A stretch of DNA of 64,000 nucleotides from Thermoproteota archaeon (GCA_027492205.1 JAOZFN010000011.1:64001-128000); one strand, 5' to 3'; numbered from the stretch's first letter, positions 47,916 through 57,838 are shown. The notes: a model not told the origin generated them from the sequence alone. Translations and numbers: made by a program.

Positions 47916-49173
47916 GGAGCCTCCGCTCTCTCTGGGCCCGTCGGCGGGACCGCTGCTGCTGGCGCCGATCGTGCTCACCTGTCTGGCCATAGCGACCCTC
48001 AGGTGGCGCCTGCTCGCCGCCGCGGCTCCCCCGCTGATCCTGCTGGTCGTAGCCCTCGTCCTCTCCACCCCCCGAGAGGTCAGGGCAGAGAGGAGGATCG
48101 ACAGGGACGTCGTCGCCGAGGGAGAGCGGGTCGACGTGAGGGTAGAATTGGAGTTCGAGGGGGGAGTCGCGGCCGCCGTGGAAGACGATCTCCCCCCTCG
48201 GGGGGAGGTGGAATCCGGGACGTGGGCGGCACTGGTTGGGGGTGCAGGCCGGGTCGAGCTGGACTACTCGCTTAGGACCATGAGGGGCTTCTGGAAGTTC
48301 AGATGGGTTCGGGTTGGCTTCAGGGATCCACTGGGGATATTCGAGCGGTGGAGGAGCATCGAGTGCAGGGGGTACCTCTCCGTCATGCCCTCGCTGGCCA
48401 GGGCGGGAGGGCTGAGGACCGAGGCCAAGGGCGTGAAGCCCCTCCTCGGGAGGTCGCCATCTGACGCGCCGGGCATGGGGACCGAGTTCTACGCCCTGAG
48501 GGAGTACGTTCCGGGGGACCCCATGAGGTCCATCAACTGGAAGGCCACGGCGCGTCTCGGCCGGCTGATCTCGAACGACTACGAGGCGGAGAAGGCGGCC
48601 GACCTAGTGATAATCGTAGACTCCACACTCCCCACAGGAGTGGGCGACGGCAAGGGTGACACCCTGTTGGACGTGGAGGCCAGGGTCGCCATAGCCCTGG
48701 CGGACGAGGCGCTGAGGTCCGGACTCAGGGTGGGACTGGCGAGCGTCGGGGGCCCAGGGGTGTGGTTGGGTCCAGACTGGGGGAACAGGCAGCTCCTCAA
48801 ACTCGGCAGGACTCTGGCGGTGCTCTATCCCTCGGGCGGGGCGGAGACGGCCCCCTTGGTCGCCGAGTCGATAGCCGTGCACATCGGACCCAGGACGCAC
48901 GTGGCCGTCATAACGCCCCTGACGGGGGATCAGTGGATAGACGCGGTGGCGAGGCTGGCGGCGGCTGGCAGGAGGGTCACGGTGATATCACCCTCGCCAA
49001 ACGTCTTCAGTCTCCCAGAGAGCCCTGACCTGGCGAGCTCTCTGGCCTTCCACATACTCGAGACGAGGAGGATTCTCCTGCTGGCTAAACTCAAGCCGTA
49101 TGCCGAAGTGGTCGATTGGAATCCGAAGAGCGATCTCGGGTTGATCTGGAAGAGGGTGAGGCTGGGTGCGTAG
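47908..49173 (+). CDS. DUF58 (vWA-like) protein
   Basis: EFYALREYVPGD.MR.INWKATAR. Confidence 0.92.
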   Translation: MSEEPPLSLGPSAGPLLLAPIVLTCLAIATLRWRLLAAAAPPLILLVVALVLSTPREVRAERRIDRDVVAEGERVDVRVELEFEGGVAAAVEDDLPPRGEVESGTWAALVGGAGRVELDYSLRTMRGFWKFRWVRVGFRDPLGIFERWRSIECRGYLSVMPSLARAGGLRTEAKGVKPLLGRSPSDAPGMGTEFYALREYVPGDPMRSINWKATARLGRLISNDYEAEKAADLVIIVDSTLPTGVGDGKGDTLLDVEARVAIALADEALRSGLRVGLASVGGPGVWLGPDWGNRQLLKLGRTLAVLYPSGGAETAPLVAESIAVHIGPRTHVAVITPLTGDQWIDAVARLAAAGRRVTVISPSPNVFSLPESPDLASSLAFHILETRRILLLAKLKPYAEVVDWNPKSDLGLIWKRVRLGA

Positions 49174-49645
49174 GCTCAGGGTGCTATCGGCCGTCTGCTC
49201 CGCCGTCGTGGCCTTGGCGTGTCTGAGGTGGTGTCCTCCCTTAGCCCTGGCGCTCCCGGCGGCCTCAGCAGCCGCGGCGTTGGCCGGTTGGATCGGACCT
49301 TACTCTATTCTCTCCAGCCTGTCGTGGATCGTCCTGGCGGCCTACTCCGGGGACGCGGTTCAAGCGCTCACTCGGTCGTGGCTCGGACTCACCGCCACGG
49401 TCGTTGGCCTGGCCGCCCTCGACGCTGACCAGAGGGGCTACTCGCTCAGGCGCCCGGGGCTCATCGCCACCCTGCTAGTGGTGGAGCTGTCTACCCCGCT
49501 TACCGTGCCGCTGGCTGCCATGCTCCTGCTCCGGGGAGTCGGGCTGAGGGTGTGGCTCACACCCATGGTGACCGGTGCGGTTGTCCTCGCGTGGTTGGCG
49601 ATCAGGGCCCTGAGCTCGGCGTGGCGCCCACCACCTCAACGATGA
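49166..49645 (+). CDS. Hypothetical membrane protein
   Basis: Hydrophobic; overlaps the DUF58 stop. Confidence 0.6.
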   Translation: MRRLRVLSAVCSAVVALACLRWCPPLALALPAASAAAALAGWIGPYSILSSLSWIVLAAYSGDAVQALTRSWLGLTATVVGLAALDADQRGYSLRRPGLIATLLVVELSTPLTVPLAAMLLLRGVGLRVWLTPMVTGAVVLAWLAIRALSSAWRPPPQR

Positions 49646-51245
49646 CCACGCGGCCGCTCGGAGTGTCCCTCTCGTAGACCACCCTGAAGTAGGGGGACTT
49701 CAGGAACTTGTCCTCGCAGATCTCTACTCCGAACTTGTAGCCGTTGAGGCTCGAGATCATGTTCCCGTACCAGACCATCATGTCCGAGTAGTAGATGTGC
49801 GTTAGGTTGTACCTCCTCGCAATGGCCCAGGCCTCGGCCGCATTGCAGGTAGAGTACATGCGGTATAGATCGTCTTGGACCCTCCCTGGCGCCTTGATGT
49901 AGGGGTAGTCCACGTTTCTGAGGGGGAAGGCCCCTCCTAGGAGCGCGCGGCCCCCGCACACCCCAGCGAACATCTGCGCCCGGTAGTAGTCGGCGCTGAT
50001 CCTCGCCCACTCGCCCGCGTGCTCCCTGAACCAGACGGCCGCGTTGTACTCATCCACGGTCATTCCGGCGTTGGTGAGCTTGCCCCCGAGGTCGTAGAGG
50101 GCGAGATCTATCCCCGCCCCCACGAGGATCAGCCCGAGGGCCAGCAGCCGCCTCCTCTTAGGTGCCTGACTGAGGCCCCAGAAGAGGGCCGCCCCGGCCG
50201 CCAGGGCCGGGGGTTGAGCCAGGAACGGGAAGAACCTGTACCCCTCGAGGGGCTTGGCAAGGGTGGACCAGCTCAGGTGTATGGCTCCGAGGGCGCTTAG
50301 GATGACCTCGTTCTCCGCCTCTATGGCGTTGGGGACGATCCACAGCAGGACGGGGAGGTGATCCCTCCACCTCTCGAGGATCAGCAGCGTCCCCGCTATC
50401 CCTATGGCCGCGGCGAAGGGGCCGTACAGGGCTATCTGCTCCTCCGGGGGGAGGAGGCCGCTCGACGTGGTAAGGGCCTTGATCCACCACCAGTACAGGT
50501 TCCTGGGCAGCCACCAGGGCGCGGCGATCAGCTGAGATAGCCCTATGGCCACCACGAGGTCCCTGAAGATCCACCTCCCTGCCCTGCCCTGGAGGTAGAG
50601 CCCGAGGCTGAAGAAGATGAGGTCGAGGGCCTCCAGGAAGTATGAGAGGTGGAAGAGGAAGTTCAGGCCCATCAGGAGGCCCGCGAGGAGCACGTTTCCG
50701 CGGGACGGGTCGGAGGCGTGCCTGTACCACGTCGCCAGGAGGAGGGGGATCATGAACATCGTGAGGGACTGCGGGTCTGCGATGCCCGTGAAGTAGACGA
50801 AGTTCGGCGTCAGGGCAAGGATGAGCGTCGCCGCCGCCCCGACCCAGCGGTCGTACATCTCCCTGCCAAGCACGTAGAGGGAGAGGGGAGAGAGGGCCTC
50901 CATGAACGGGACGAGCCTGGTCACGACTGTGGGGATGTCCAGGCCGGTGAGCCTGGCGGCGAGGGCGAGGAGGAAGGGGGACCCGGGGGGGTACCACATG
51001 GGGACGTAGCCATATGGGGCGTACCTGATGTCCGGCTCCGGCAGGGACCAGTTGTCGAGGATGTACTGGGCCATGCAGATCCTGTACCACACGTCTGCCA
51101 TGAAGGCCGGCAGGTGCGGGTCGACGGAGAGCTTGGGGATGAGCCTCAGGGCAACGCCCACCGCGTAGACGACGATCAAGAATGCGATTTCGGTTCTGCT
51201 GAACCTGAAGAGGTCTCTCAGCCCCCTTCTGCTTGTTGAGCCCAT
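49602..51245 (-). CDS. GT-C fold membrane glycosyltransferase (PMT/ArnT/STT3-like)
   Basis: DVWYR early loop, YPPG, many TM helices and a soluble C-terminal domain; lacks WWDYG. Confidence 0.7.
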   Translation of the reverse strand: MGSTSRRGLRDLFRFSRTEIAFLIVVYAVGVALRLIPKLSVDPHLPAFMADVWYRICMAQYILDNWSLPEPDIRYAPYGYVPMWYPPGSPFLLALAARLTGLDIPTVVTRLVPFMEALSPLSLYVLGREMYDRWVGAAATLILALTPNFVYFTGIADPQSLTMFMIPLLLATWYRHASDPSRGNVLLAGLLMGLNFLFHLSYFLEALDLIFFSLGLYLQGRAGRWIFRDLVVAIGLSQLIAAPWWLPRNLYWWWIKALTTSSGLLPPEEQIALYGPFAAAIGIAGTLLILERWRDHLPVLLWIVPNAIEAENEVILSALGAIHLSWSTLAKPLEGYRFFPFLAQPPALAAGAALFWGLSQAPKRRRLLALGLILVGAGIDLALYDLGGKLTNAGMTVDEYNAAVWFREHAGEWARISADYYRAQMFAGVCGGRALLGGAFPLRNVDYPYIKAPGRVQDDLYRMYSTCNAAEAWAIARRYNLTHIYYSDMMVWYGNMISSLNGYKFGVEICEDKFLKSPYFRVVYERDTPSGRVVIVEVVGATPSSGP

Positions 51246-51318
51246 GCCCTCTGAATCACCGGACGGGCTGCGTGATATACTTTTTCGCTACACCTCCACA
51301 ACCCGGCCGGTGGACGGA

Positions 51319-52278
51319 GTGGCCAAGAAGGTGATCCTAGACGTCGACACCGGCGTCGACGACGCCGTTGCCTTGATCCTCGCGCTCAGGTCGCCCGAGC
51401 TGGAGGTCCTGGGGATCACCACCGTCACCGGGAACGTCGACGTGGAGAAGGCCACCAGGAACACGCTGCACGTGCTAGAGCTCCTCGACAGGACGGATGT
51501 CCCCGTGTATCCGGGCGCGAGGGGCCCGGTGACCCCGGGCGCGTGGAGCGTCGGGGAGAGGTTCCACGGAGCTGGCGGTCTTGGCGGCGTTCAGATCCCA
51601 GAGCCGTCCATCAGGCCAAGCGAGGAGCACGCGGTGGACTTCATCAGGAGGGCGGTCAGGGAGGGGGGCCCCGGCGAGGTCACGCTGATCACCACGGCCC
51701 CCATGACCAACGTGGCCTTGAGCCTGCTCATCGAGCCGGACCTGGCCGAGAGGCTGGCCGCGATAGTCTCCATGGGCGGCGCCTTCTGCACGGGGAGGCA
51801 GGGCACCGGAAACAGCTCCCCCAGGGGTGAGTTCAACGTCTGGTTCGACCCCGTGGCGGCCAAGGTGGTCTACAACTCGGGCGCCAGGGTCTACGCGGTC
51901 GGGCTGGACGTGACCACTCGGCGGGACGCCGCGATATCGAGGGAGATCTACGAGCGCCTCGCGGAGTCCCCCGACGAGGCGGGGAGGTTCGTCCACGCCA
52001 TCCTCGGGGCCTACGTGGAGGCCGTGGGCTACGCGCCCATGCACGACCCGATGGCCGTCGCCTCCGTAATCCTCCCGGACCTGATGACGTTCGAGCTGCT
52101 GCCCGTGGACGTGGAGATCTGCGGAGAGCTCACGAGGGGAGAGACCGTGGCGGACTTCCGGGACTTCGACGCGGAGGTCCCCAGGCGCAGACCGAACGTA
52201 CACGTCGCCGTGGACGTCGACGGGCCGGAGTTCCTGAGGCTCCTGCTGGACAGGGTGGCCGGCCTCGAGCTGGGTTGA
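51319..52278 (+). CDS. Inosine/uridine-preferring nucleoside hydrolase
   Basis: DVDTGVDD, SMGG, EFNVWFDP and HDP motifs. Confidence 0.93.
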   Translation: MAKKVILDVDTGVDDAVALILALRSPELEVLGITTVTGNVDVEKATRNTLHVLELLDRTDVPVYPGARGPVTPGAWSVGERFHGAGGLGGVQIPEPSIRPSEEHAVDFIRRAVREGGPGEVTLITTAPMTNVALSLLIEPDLAERLAAIVSMGGAFCTGRQGTGNSSPRGEFNVWFDPVAAKVVYNSGARVYAVGLDVTTRRDAAISREIYERLAESPDEAGRFVHAILGAYVEAVGYAPMHDPMAVASVILPDLMTFELLPVDVEICGELTRGETVADFRDFDAEVPRRRPNVHVAVDVDGPEFLRLLLDRVAGLELG

Positions 52279-53267
52279 GGGGGGTGATCTCGGTGGGAGG
52301 CCTCCTGGCAACCTGCGGGGCGATAAACTGGGACGTAAGCCTGTTCGTGAGGAGGTTCCCAGAGCCGGGGGAGGAGGTCAGGGTCGACAGGATAGAGAGG
52401 GTCCCCGGCGGAACTGCCGCCAACGTAGCCGTGGCCGCCGCCAGGATCCTCGGCCCGGACAGAGTGGCCTTCCTGGGGGCGCTTGGGGATGACGAGATAG
52501 CGAATCGACAGATCGAGGAGCTGCGGAGGGAGGGCGTCATCACGGACGCGATAGAGGTGATCGAGGGCGACGAGTCGGGCCAGGCCTACATAGTGGTGGA
52601 CTCGACCGGTCAGAACGTCATCCACACCTACTTCGGCGCGAACCTGAGGGTCGACGCTGAGTACGTCGAGAGCGATCCCGTCAGGGAGATCGTCGAGAGG
52701 TGCAGGGTCGTCGTCATAATGGACCCGCCCCTGGAGGCGGCCGACGCCCTCGCCAGGCTCGCCAGGGAGTCTGAGGCTACGGTTATCTGGGACCCCGGGG
52801 TTTACGTGGACCGTGGGCTGCGGGGTCTGGCTCGGGTGATGGGGAACGTGGACTACTTCGTCCTCAACGAGGTGGAGACGAGAAACCTGCTCGGATCCTC
52901 CGATCCGTCCTCAATAGCCTCCAAGATGGCAGAGGTGTCCCCGGGGGCCAAGTTCATCGTGAAGCTCGGGGCGAGGGGTTCCATGCTGGTGGACGCCTCC
53001 ACGGGCAGGTGGATCAGGGTGGGCGCTCCCTCCTTGGAAAGGCTGGGGATGAGGGTGGTCAACACGGTCGGGTGCGGGGACGCCTTCATCGGCGCCCTGG
53101 CGGCCTCGAAGTACGAGGACTTGGACGACGCGGAATCGCTGGTTAGGGCGAACGCCGCCGGGGCTCTGAAGGCGACCAGGCTGGAGACCAGGGGGAGCCC
53201 AACGAGGGAGGAACTCCTGAGCTTCCTGGAGCGGGCCAGGGAAATGATGGAGGTCCAGGAAGGCTGA
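52275..53267 (+). CDS. PfkB family sugar kinase (ribokinase-like)
   Basis: GGTAANVA, NEVE and NTVGCGDAF motifs; overlaps the hydrolase stop. Confidence 0.9.
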   Translation: MRGVISVGGLLATCGAINWDVSLFVRRFPEPGEEVRVDRIERVPGGTAANVAVAAARILGPDRVAFLGALGDDEIANRQIEELRREGVITDAIEVIEGDESGQAYIVVDSTGQNVIHTYFGANLRVDAEYVESDPVREIVERCRVVVIMDPPLEAADALARLARESEATVIWDPGVYVDRGLRGLARVMGNVDYFVLNEVETRNLLGSSDPSSIASKMAEVSPGAKFIVKLGARGSMLVDASTGRWIRVGAPSLERLGMRVVNTVGCGDAFIGALAASKYEDLDDAESLVRANAAGALKATRLETRGSPTREELLSFLERAREMMEVQEG

Positions 53268-53278
53268 GATCGGCACAC

Positions 53279-53695
53279 TCAACTCTCCGAACCCGGCCCC
53301 AGCCTCAGCCTCTCTACCTCCGAGAAGACCTCCTCGATTCTGTCGAGCAGGGTGCGGAGGGCCTCGTCGACGCTGGCGAATCCTATCACCATTGGATAGC
53401 GCCCGGACCGCCTGATCCTGAGGTAGTTCGGGCCCATTCTGGCCGCGATGAACACGTCCACGTCGGACAGGAGCCTCACAACGGCCCTGAACTTCCTCGG
53501 GTCTCCGTGCTCTCTCTCCTCCAGGTCCCGGACCGAGTTGGGGCGCCTCTCGACGAACTCCACGCGTCCGTCCCTGTAGACGTCGTAGAGCAGGAACGCG
53601 TATGAATCGCCGAAGTGCTCGCGGCTCAGGCGCTCTCCGGTCTCATCCACGCCGAGGGCGACTCTGATCCTCTCCAGATGAGACCTCCGCTCCAT
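53279..53695 (-). CDS. NifB/NifX-family protein
   Basis: HFGD...DVDVFIA.RMGP pattern. Confidence 0.8.
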   Translation of the reverse strand: MERRSHLERIRVALGVDETGERLSREHFGDSYAFLLYDVYRDGRVEFVERRPNSVRDLEEREHGDPRKFRAVVRLLSDVDVFIAARMGPNYLRIRRSGRYPMVIGFASVDEALRTLLDRIEEVFSEVERLRLGPGSES

Positions 53696-54408
53696 CAGTC
53701 CATCGCCGCCGGCTGTCTCGTGGACGTCAGCCTTCTGTATATCTCCCGGCCTATGGACCTCCTGGGTGCCTCCCCCCTGACGACCGGGCCGATCAGGTCG
53801 GGTCTCTCGGTGACTATCACGTCGACGCCCAGCTCAACCAGGCGCCTGGCCTGATCGGCGTCGTTCACGGTCCACGCCGCGACCAGCATCCCCGCTGAGT
53901 GAAGCGTGTGGACGAGCTCGGCGTCCACGAACCCAACCTCCACGGCCAGCCCCCGGGCCCCCGCGGACCGGGCGATCGAAAGGGGGTCCACCGGGCGGCA
54001 CTGGATCGAGGCCAGAATGGTTGCTCCCTCCAGGCGGCGAGAGAGCCCCCTCAGCAGGGGGTGAAACTTCGACGTGATTATGAGCCCCCTCCTCGCCTCC
54101 TCCTCCACGAGGGTGATCATCTGCTCGGCGAGCCTGGGCGACTTGAGGTCCAGAACGAGGGGAATTCGCCCCCCAACGCCCGATAGGAACTCCTCGGCGG
54201 ACTGCCCCTCCCCGTTGCCGAGCGCTGCGATCCTCTTGAAGATTGCCTCCCTCAGTGTGGCTGGCTTGATCGAGTCGGGCCCGTGATCTATGAACCCCTC
54301 GTAGAGGTCGACCTCCACAGCGTCGACGCCCTGCCTCAGGTACCTGCCTAGCTTCGCCAGGGTGTTTGCCCTGTGCCCAACCAGGAGCGGCCGGTCGCGC
54401 CTTCCCAA
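53695..54408 (-). CDS. Glycerophosphodiester phosphodiesterase
   Basis: VGHR, EVD, LDLK, AWTVND and GVDVIVTERPD motifs. Confidence 0.85.
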   Translation of the reverse strand: MGRRDRPLLVGHRANTLAKLGRYLRQGVDAVEVDLYEGFIDHGPDSIKPATLREAIFKRIAALGNGEGQSAEEFLSGVGGRIPLVLDLKSPRLAEQMITLVEEEARRGLIITSKFHPLLRGLSRRLEGATILASIQCRPVDPLSIARSAGARGLAVEVGFVDAELVHTLHSAGMLVAAWTVNDADQARRLVELGVDVIVTERPDLIGPVVRGEAPRRSIGREIYRRLTSTRQPAAMD

Positions 54409-54564
54409 CTCGACAGCGGGCCCTCAATTCAAGGATTTGAACTTATCGCGGCGCGAATCGCCGAGCGACCTTCCGACCCCTCCGCTCTGCGCTGGAACGG
54501 CTGGAGGCTGCACACCGCCGCGAACGAATATTAGATAGCTGTGGAGGCTGCCTCGGGGGAGAAT

Positions 54565-55731
54565 ATGAGGAGGAAGGCCGTAGCGGCCGCGCTGGCGATC
54601 GGCGTGGTCCTGTCTCTCCTCCCCGTGTATCAGTCTCAGGCCTGGTGGTCAGACGGGCACAGGCTCATGACCACTGAGGCCGTCAAGCTCATACCAGACC
54701 CCGAGTGGCGGCAGTTCTTCGAGCACTACGCCTACTTCCTCAACGAGACGTGCGTCTGGCCGGACTCTATCTACAAGTCCGAGGACCCGATGGAGGCGCC
54801 CAGGCACTACTACGACCTGGAGATCCCTCCGTCGCAGAGGAAGTATGAGGACGGAGTCCTACCCCAGGCGGTCCACAACTACACTATAGCCATGGTCGAG
54901 GCCCTGAAGAGGGGAGACTGGTTCGAGGCCCTGGCTCTGGCCGGTAGGGTGGCTCACTACGTCGAGGACGCCCACCAGCCCTATCACGCTACCGTTAACT
55001 ATAACCCAATGGATAAGCACGCCCTCGCCGACTCCCTGGTCGAGAAGCACTGGAGTGAGCTCACTCTTGACCTGTCCGCCCCGATCGAGCCCGTCGACAA
55101 CCTCACTCAGTTCGCATTCGAGATTATCGTCGACAGCAACCACAAGGTGGCGAGGCTCAACGCCACCCTCATCGGGGACCCGAATGACCCAAGCGACGAC
55201 AGGGAGTGGAGTGACGACCTGAGGGACTTGATCAGCGAGCAAGCCAGCAGGGCCATAGTGGCCGTAGCGAGGGTATGGTGGACGGCGATCACGCTGGCTG
55301 GGGTCGAGCCTCCCGACCTGTCACAGTCCTACTCCATCAGTGTGGACCTCGCCGCGCCCGACAGGGCCAAGACAAGGCTGCTGGCCGAGGCCACCGTACT
55401 TGACGGCCTCGAGATACCGCTAGACGCTGAGGTGACCTGGACGTTCGGGCAGGATTCCGGCGAGGCCAGGAGGGCGGATGTGGGGCTCTACAAGATCAGA
55501 ATAGACAGCGAGGTACTCCAGAAGTACGCCGGTCAGACGGTCACGCTGACCGTCAAGGCCGCCAAGGAGGGCTACGGCACGACCGAGGCCTCCGCTCAGG
55601 TATACGTCGAGCCGCTGGAGATGCCGACTCCACAGCCCTCTGGGCCTTCCCTGGAGCTCAAGTGGGTGACCCTGATAGCGGTAGTGGTCGTCGCGGCCGC
55701 GGTGGTGATACTCCTCCTGAGGAGGAGGTGA
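54565..55731 (+). CDS. Secreted, C-terminally anchored S1/P1 nuclease (Zn-dependent PLC/P1 superfamily)
   Basis: Signal peptide, then mature W-W-S-D-G-H; WPD, HYY and HYVEDAHQPYH motifs; TM plus RRR tail. Confidence 0.8.
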   Translation: MRRKAVAAALAIGVVLSLLPVYQSQAWWSDGHRLMTTEAVKLIPDPEWRQFFEHYAYFLNETCVWPDSIYKSEDPMEAPRHYYDLEIPPSQRKYEDGVLPQAVHNYTIAMVEALKRGDWFEALALAGRVAHYVEDAHQPYHATVNYNPMDKHALADSLVEKHWSELTLDLSAPIEPVDNLTQFAFEIIVDSNHKVARLNATLIGDPNDPSDDREWSDDLRDLISEQASRAIVAVARVWWTAITLAGVEPPDLSQSYSISVDLAAPDRAKTRLLAEATVLDGLEIPLDAEVTWTFGQDSGEARRADVGLYKIRIDSEVLQKYAGQTVTLTVKAAKEGYGTTEASAQVYVEPLEMPTPQPSGPSLELKWVTLIAVVVVAAAVVILLLRRR

Positions 55732-55800
55732 CCCTCCGGCTTCTTTCTCCCACTATTTTTCGCCCTCCTAAGCTTCCGCTGGGAGGCAGGCGTCGGCCCG

Positions 55801-56196
55801 TCACCTGGATCTGGATAGCTTGGATAGGAACTTCTGCCTGTTCACGATGAACCGTTCGTGGGTCCCCTCCCCGACCAGCGTGTCGCCGTAGAGGCACTTG
55901 ACCTCGAAGACGAGCCTCCTCCTATCGACCTCAACGAGCTTGGCCTTCACGGTCACCTCTCCGCCCACCGGCGTCGGCGCGAGGTGTCTGACGTTCACTG
56001 CGGTTCCGACGGTCGTCTCCTCCGGCGGCAGGTGCGGCTGCACGAGGTCCCTCGCCGTTGTCTCCATGAGGGCGATCATGGAAGGCGTGGAGAGCACGGA
56101 GACGTCGCCGCTCCCGATGAACGAGGCCGCCATGTCCCCGGTGACCTTGAATCTCCTCTCAGCCTCCATTCCCACCTTGATTCTGCTCTCGACCAT
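55801..56196 (-). CDS. FlK-type hotdog thioesterase
   Basis: VLSTPSMIALME, TVGT.VNVRHLAPTP and GTHER motifs; start ATG 56196. Confidence 0.9.
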   Translation of the reverse strand: MVESRIKVGMEAERRFKVTGDMAASFIGSGDVSVLSTPSMIALMETTARDLVQPHLPPEETTVGTAVNVRHLAPTPVGGEVTVKAKLVEVDRRRLVFEVKCLYGDTLVGEGTHERFIVNRQKFLSKLSRSR

Positions 56197-56257
56197 TAGG
56201 CTCCCCCGCGGCCGGTGGGGAAATGTGAAATAAGCTTGCCACCGGGAGCGCCCGCGG

Positions 56258-57022
56258 ATGCCGAGAGTCACGGCGACTTTCGTCAAGGTGGGAGGGTCCA
56301 TCATCACCGTGAAGGACGCCCCTGAGCCCACCCTCAGGAGGTCCGTGATCGCCGACCTAGTCAAGGAGGTGGCCGAGGTATACTCGGAGGGCGAGCCTCT
56401 GATCCTCGCGAACGGCGCGGGGAGCTTTGGGCACCCTCTGGCCAAGAGGGCGGGGCTGGACAGGGGCTTGCTGGAGGGGAAGGAACTACCGTCGGCCCTG
56501 ACCGCTCAGTCCGCCCTGAGGCTGAACTTTACGATAGTTGAGGGGCTCCTAGAGCAGGGGGTCCCGGCAATATCCTTCTCCCCGCGCTCCTACGTCTACG
56601 GAACCGACTCCGGATGGGAGGCCGAGATCACACCCATGAGGATGGCCCTCGAGAGGGGTTTCGTTCCGGTCACTTTCGGGGATGTGGTCATGCACCAGAC
56701 CAGGGGAGCGGCCATATTTTCGGCGGATGACGCTCCCGTAATTCTGGCACCCCTCATCAGGCGGGCTGTGTACCTAGTCGACGTCCCGGGCGTGCTGGGT
56801 CCCGACGGCAGGGTCTTGGAGACCGCCAGCCCAGAGGTTCTAGAATTCGCGGGCGGCTCCGGCAGAGTGGACGTCACCGGAGGGATGGCCGAGAAGCTCA
56901 GGAAGGGATTCAGGCTGGCGTCCAGTGGGATAGAGGTCAGGGTGGCCGGCTATGCCTCTTCAGGCGACCTGAAGAGGGCTCTCGCGGGAGAGGCTGGCAC
57001 TCTCCTCTTGGCCGAAGGGTGA
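56258..57022 (+). CDS. ipk: Isopentenyl phosphate kinase
   Basis: KVGGSIIT.K, GAGSFGH (IPK-specific His) and DVTGGM..K motifs. Confidence 0.88.
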   Translation: MPRVTATFVKVGGSIITVKDAPEPTLRRSVIADLVKEVAEVYSEGEPLILANGAGSFGHPLAKRAGLDRGLLEGKELPSALTAQSALRLNFTIVEGLLEQGVPAISFSPRSYVYGTDSGWEAEITPMRMALERGFVPVTFGDVVMHQTRGAAIFSADDAPVILAPLIRRAVYLVDVPGVLGPDGRVLETASPEVLEFAGGSGRVDVTGGMAEKLRKGFRLASSGIEVRVAGYASSGDLKRALAGEAGTLLLAEG

Positions 57023-57024
57023 GC

Positions 57025-57838
57025 TCAGCGGGTATCCAGCTTGCCGTAGGGGCACACCGCCATGCAGGTGGAGCAGGACGCTCCATTCTCGCACCAGTAG
57101 AGGTAGCACCTCTCCGGGTCAATGTACCACTTCAGGGCCCCCGGGTTGTTCGACTTGGTCGGCCCCTCTAACGTGGGCTCATCGTCCTTCGAGATGGCTC
57201 CGACCTCGCAGCTCTCCGCGCAGAGCTTGCACCTCCTGCAGAACTCCCTGACGCCGAACTCGATCGGGCTGTCGGGCTCCATCGGGAGGTCGGTGAACAC
57301 CTTGCAGAGCCTTACCCTCGGGCCAAACTGCGGAGTTATCAGCAGCCCGTTCCTGCCCAGCTCTCCTAGACCGGCGTCTATAGCCAAGGGGATGTTCAGG
57401 GCGGTGTCGTTCCTCGACTCGATGGCCCCGTAGCCGAGAGACCTGATGAACTCACCCACGCACGAAAGGAGGAATACCAGCTTGGAGTAGCCCAGGCCGG
57501 TAGCCGCCTCGGCTCCGAGGGCAGGTGAGGTCTCTATGGCCTCCCTGTCCATGGCCACGGCCATGACGACGACGTAGTCGAACCCCTCAGGTATGTCCGC
57601 GTCTTCATAAACCCAGCAGGAGGGAGTCGGGAGCCCTCGAAGCCCTGGCTAGCGCATACTCTGGGAGGGAGTAACCCTCCCTTTCCTCCTCCAGGATCCG
57701 CGGAATCTCGGCGGCGAACCACCGCCTGTACCCGTCCCACGAGCGGTCCCACTCCACCCTCCTGAACACGGTCATGCTGCTCCTGAACCTCCTTATTCGG
57801 CTGAGATCCAGAACGTACGGCGGCTGGTTCGCTTTCAT
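57025..57838 (-). pseudogene. Reductive dehalogenase-like (RdhA/QueG) gene with an internal deletion and frameshift
   Basis: N-part ...EGYSLPEYALARAS is joined out of frame near 57620 to WVYED...VMAVAMD...AGLGELGRNG...CRRCKLCAESC...CSTCMAVCP. Confidence 0.75.

Noticed and set aside
49602-51245. Calling this gene aglB
   Set aside because: It lacks the WWDYG motif and is shorter than typical AglB.
53279-53695. Evidence for nitrogen fixation
   Set aside because: Stand-alone NifB/NifX-family proteins are common in non-diazotrophic archaea, and no nif genes are nearby.
54420-54450. GTTCAAATCC on the minus strand resembling a tRNA T-loop
   Set aside because: There is no paired T-stem, acceptor stem or anticodon arm.
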